Below are positions 59,100-64,000 of a stretch of 64,000 nucleotides of DNA, piece by piece; within the stretch, counting starts at the first letter, position 1, and every line of letters begins with the position of its first letter. The position numbers and the translations under genes were made by a program. This DNA comes from Tubiluchus corallicola (lineage: Eukaryota > Animalia > Priapulida), in the NCBI GenBank assembly GCA_030141605.1, contig JAQGDQ010000036.1, forward strand, positions 248,001 to 312,000, in the 5' to 3' direction. A model generated the notes under the pieces. That model saw nothing but the letters and a program-made list of their open reading frames with translations, ran no database searches and had not been told where the DNA came from.

Positions 59100-60960
59100 T
59101 TTTCAATTAAATTCAATAGATTTATTTCGCAATAAACATATACATATTCGTTACAAGTGCATCGATAATCAGTTTTTGTTAATACAAGGAGCTAGCTTAT
59201 GCTAGGCCACTAGAATTAGTTACGAGAAAAATTATAATATATTACTAATTGTTAGTGTGAGTTACAGTGGCCGTTAGTAGTATTAAATTTTCATAATTAC
59301 GATGTAAACTGATGGTCGGTAGAGAACAATGATAAATGCTTTAACTTTAACACATTCGCTAAGCATTTGTGGAGGAGGCAACACTTGATTAGACTATATG
59401 CTATATGGAAGTGTGCAATGCAGATATATATACGGGTGGGAACTAATAACTATGTTATTATCCTAGAGGAAAAGTATTTGAAAATGAGAAACAACAACAA
59501 ATGATTGAGTGATCAGTTATATATTTCAAGTAAGCATATACTTTTTTGAATATGAACAGCGAGTTGGCATTTTTTATAGCTGGAGCTGTTGAATTCCTTA
59601 TGTAAAGGCCATTGTATTTAATAGAAAATTTTCTAATATTTGTGTTGCACTGTATGTAGTGACAGTTAAGTCTATATCGTGTATTGTAATTATGTATTTC
59701 AGCATTCAAACAAAAATAATCTGTAAATAAGGGTGGCAATAATTTAGGAGAGAATTTGTACATGAAAATGGCGGTTTGGAAGTTATTAATGTCATAAATG
59801 TTTAGAAAGTTTAGTCTTTTAAATATTGGTGGAGTGTGGTCCCGATAACAGTCAAATGTTATAGCTCGCACTATCGACTGAATCAGGTGAATTGTTTTCA
59901 TTCTACTGTACCGCCCGTAAACAATGTATGTAAAGCTAGACCTCTGTCACCATAGTTGTTTAATTTATCTAAGAGTATTTTATGGTCAGTAGTATCAAAG
60001 GCCTTAGATAAATCAATGAAGATACCAATTGCAAATTCATTATTGTCTAAAGACATTTGATATTAAATCAAAAAGTTCAAGTAGAGCCATGTAAGTGGAT
60101 TGGTTTTGTCTAAAGCCTAGTTTTTTGCTATATAATATGTTTTTTAATGAAACTTAATAGTCTATTATACATTAGTCTTTCACGAATTTTGGAAAAACAG
60201 GGAAGAATTGAAATGGGTCTATAATTTTGAAACTGGGACTTATCACCAGTTTGAAAAATTGGATTAACCGTAGCTATTTTCAGTGAGTCTGGGACTATAC
60301 CTGTTGAAAATGACTTGTTAAACATATAAAGTAGAGGTTCAGCAATAGAGTTGATGGATTTTGAAGGATAATTTGTGATATATCATCGTACCTGTACTGT
60401 TTTTATTTTTTTAAATTATTTGCCACATTTATCAGCTTAGCTTTGTCAATTGGAAGCAACTCCATTGAGTTCCTACATGCATTTGGTAAATATGAAAAAT
60501 ATGATGTATTTGTAGTGGGAATCTTGTCTGCTAGAGCTGATCCTACATTTACAAAATAATTATTTAAGCCATCGGATATTTCTTTTGATGTCACTGGGTT
60601 ACGCTGTGATTTTTTGAAATGTGACTGTTCTATATGAGAAGTATCTCTTTTATTAATAGCTAAATTTATAATTTTCCATGTTTTTTCATGTTACCATATT
60701 ACTTTTAATTGTATTGGCATAATAATCTTTTTCAGCTTTTCTTAGTGTTGACGTTAGATTATTTCTATATGTTTTATAATGGTAAATGTTCAGATTAGTA
60801 GTTTTTTTAAATTTTAGCTTATATAACTTTTGTGTTTAATTGAATGTATCAACCCGCTTGTTAGCCAAGGTTTATTTAACGTCCGTGGCTTTATTATTTT
60901 TGTGACTAGTGGAAAGCTATCATTGTAAATATTGTAGTAATCTTTAAAATACTTAAAATA
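59100..60960 (-). mobile_element. Decayed CR1/L2-group LINE (internally deleted ORF2 pseudogene)
   Basis: KPWLTSG, NNYFVNVG..LA, G.VPDSLKIA.V.PIF..GD....NYRPISILPCFSKI.E, GIFIDLSKA.DT, C-terminal HNYNTR..FSIKY.G; the YADD region is missing; aataaa-type tail near 59120. Confidence 0.9.
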
Positions 60961-63900
60961 CTATAAGTATATTATAATAATAAAAATAAAAATAATATAA
61001 TATTTATTATAATTAAAATACTCGTTTGTTTCAATAAAATCATCATCATTGCAGAGGCAGAGCTTAACAACATACATAATTGTAATGTGCGTATGGAGCA
61101 GATAAAACAGGTTTTCAAGAGGTAGGCGCTGGGCCTATATAACCTACTTATAGTGTCTTGGCCACACGTACACTTACGTCACGTACGACAGACACACTTA
61201 GGCCCTACTGTTACTAAATCTTCTTTCTGGGTGTTCATGCCACTATGCGTTTACTCAGAATCATTGCTAACAGATTAAATTAATTTCATAATTTAGCATC
61301 AACATAGAATTATAAGCACAGAAAAATGTAGGGATAAGTGGCGTTTACCTGATATTGGGAACGTGTATGCGTTATAGATAAAAATCAGTTTACACTGTTT
61401 TCAATGCAGATTGTCAGGCGTGCCTTATGCGTTATTTATTCTGCAGCTACTTCATATTTATTTTTATACGCAACTATTCCACGGGTGGCTATACCGCATA
61501 ACGCAATCCGGATGCCACTTTTCAATTGGTATAATTTGGTTGCGTAAATATTTACATTAATATGTAAATCACAACCATATGTGCATTGTGTATGATTTCG
61601 GGACAAGAAAACGTTATTCGTGAATAAAGCTTTAAAAATTCGCCTTGAAACTTTTTATCATTTAGTTGTTTTCTTACAGCACAGTAACGCAATACAAAAC
61701 TTGCGCTGACAGTTATGCGAAGCCATATTTTAACAGTAAATCATTTGAAACAAGATTAGATAATATTGTGTAAAAGTTTAAAAAAACAATTAAAGCATTT
61801 GTAGCACTTTTCGTTAACTAAGCTAGAGTATAAATTAACTATGTTGTCAATAACGCTAACAATGTGTTTCTTGGTGAGCCAGTGGTGCACACTGGGATGG
61901 TGATAGAGAGGTACTACCAGTTTGCGCGACATTTTAAATGATTCAGAATTTTATTTTCCAGTTACATAAGTTTTTCAAACAGGTAAGCCTAATGCTAGCA
62001 ATGTGACATTATATGGAATATTTTTGGGGTATACTTTAAAATTGTCTTTTCCTATCATTTAAAAAAACGGCTTAAAGAACTTGAGTAAGTACGTGACCTT
62101 TAGTAACATGATTACCTGTATTTAGTATGAAGTATTTTTCTTCGTTGATCATGATGAATTATCAATGTTTTCTAAGATTAGCATGAATTCTCTTTGCTTA
62201 CAATGTTTCTACTTTGATGTTATATCACCACTTAGTTTTTCACATCTTCCTAATTTGCACCCCACCTAGAGCATTTGCATATTCCTTCAAGGCTTCAACT
62301 ATGGTGACGTACATTGTGAATGGGATATTATTTTCGAGATTCGACCTCACAAATTAAGACTTTATGCAAGCATTCAAGCGTTACAGATAATTTATCACTA
62401 TGTATGCATCCACTATAATTTGGCCTATTTTTCATGAGATTTGTTACAGGTTTTTTTAATGTGTTTAGAGGGTTTAAATCATATAATGTAATATAATTAA
62501 TACCCGTGCCAACATTTTTGTTCATTACAGTTTTTACATGTATAGAAGTTGGTTACGTAATTATTATGTATAATCAACAGTATACATCCTATTCTTAGAG
62601 TTGCACTTTAATTAACATTCAGAAATAGAAGCCAAATCATTTTATTGGACCATGAACATTATCAGATCAATTACACGTATTGCGTAATAATTCCCTTACA
62701 AAATATTGCTTAGCATCATGTACACTAACTGACACACAGTTCGTGGTTTCAACTGTTGATCCCTTAAATGCGCCTGGTAGAGTGATTCATCACAACAAAC
62801 ATGGCCGTTTTTCTGTAGTGTAGTACTTCTAGTCTGCATTTAGGGTGAAATTAGAATATTAGCAACTTTGCATTTCAGTTATTACATTATTTTGTGAAGG
62901 TATTGTTGACTTTGAGTAAGTTTTTCGTAATTCTAAAAAGCATATACCCAAACAGGATTGCTATGCATCATGTATTCCTAATTCTTGTCAATTAATTGAA
63001 TTATTGTGCAATCGGTACTTTCTGGGTGCAAAGAGTCGGCAACGATGGCAAATGGAGTTTTTACCAAGATAATACTGATAAAGAGCTGTTAAATTTAAAT
63101 CTGAAGAATGTTAAGACTTGTGCATGCTTATGGAAATACACGTGCAAACATGCATACATGGTATGAGTGCATATGCATGCTTCATATATATGCTTGTGTC
63201 TATGTATTCCTGTAAGGGCGTACAAGTCAAGATGCACCTGTCAATGGTTAATTAAATGTTTATAATAATTATATGTAGCATATAATTTACTAACACTGTA
63301 ACTATCACGAAATGAAATTAAAAAATACAATATTGAATGTAAGTTATTGTTATGTAGGTGGAATTACACGTAAAGAATTTGTTGTATGTTTTTGCATTAA
63401 CTTTATCACTGTTTTTCTTTTTTGTTGTTGCTATTGTTTTTCTTGTATCTAACTTGTTTTTTTCTAGTAATTTTTGCTGCACATATAGTTTTTAGTTTAT
63501 TAATCTAAGATGTGTAGCTGACTGGATGATCTGGTGGTTTTTCACTATCCTTTCTTTTGCAGCCTCTCAATCACCCCCTAATAAATATTTTCCTCTTTTA
63601 TGTTTGCACAAATTTTACATGCTTAACCAGTTGTGTATAAGGTTTTCTTGCAATAAACATTTCTATGCCTAAGATATTTTTGTAAAGCTTTGCATTTATA
63701 ATCATAATTGCAAGAGAAACAATGCATATGTGCTATAGTTAGCAAAATTAGGAAAAGAAATTTATTATCCAACAAGGCCTATTACAACAAGCCACTGCGA
63801 ATAAATTTCAAAATTCAGTCTTGGCTTATCTAATGTATTTAAATCTTTCTTACAGCAAGCTCTGATATTACAATTTTTTGCTTATTACGAAAAAATTTTA

Positions 63901-64000
63901 CCGCTCCATGATCGTACTTCCCTGAAAATAACAGGTTGGAGTTCTAAAACAAAAGGCAAAATGGGCATCATTCACCAAGGGCAAATATTTGTCAATACTA

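Overview
AT-rich, intron-containing invertebrate (bilaterian-like) genomic DNA. It is not prokaryotic, and I could support no rRNA, tRNA or CRISPR feature. Four protein-coding loci: (1) the 5' end of a KIF21-like kinesin-4 gene on the minus strand; only its first 47 coding nt (MSVPAHDDSCVRVAVR) are in the window, and the ORF track missed them; (2) a full-length SMC4 (condensin) CDS with no intron across 3.8 kb; (3) a 17-exon SPIDR gene rebuilt by hand (about 969 aa, all splice phases compatible); (4) a two-exon C/EBP (alpha/beta/delta class) bZIP gene on the minus strand, tail-to-tail with SPIDR, as SPIDR-CEBPD is in human. The C/EBP locus has an immediate-early-type CRE-TATA-Inr promoter, an out-of-frame uORF overlapping the start codon, a dense downstream bZIP/STAT/IRF motif cluster, and an unexpectedly long 247-codon +1-frame ORF running through its stop codon. 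Non-coding DNA holds many MITEs (Tc1/mariner-, hAT- and 9-bp-TSD types, some nested), Helentron/DINE-like elements with low-complexity arrays, and decayed RTE- and CR1/L2-like LINEs. Homology calls rest on remembered motifs, not database searches.
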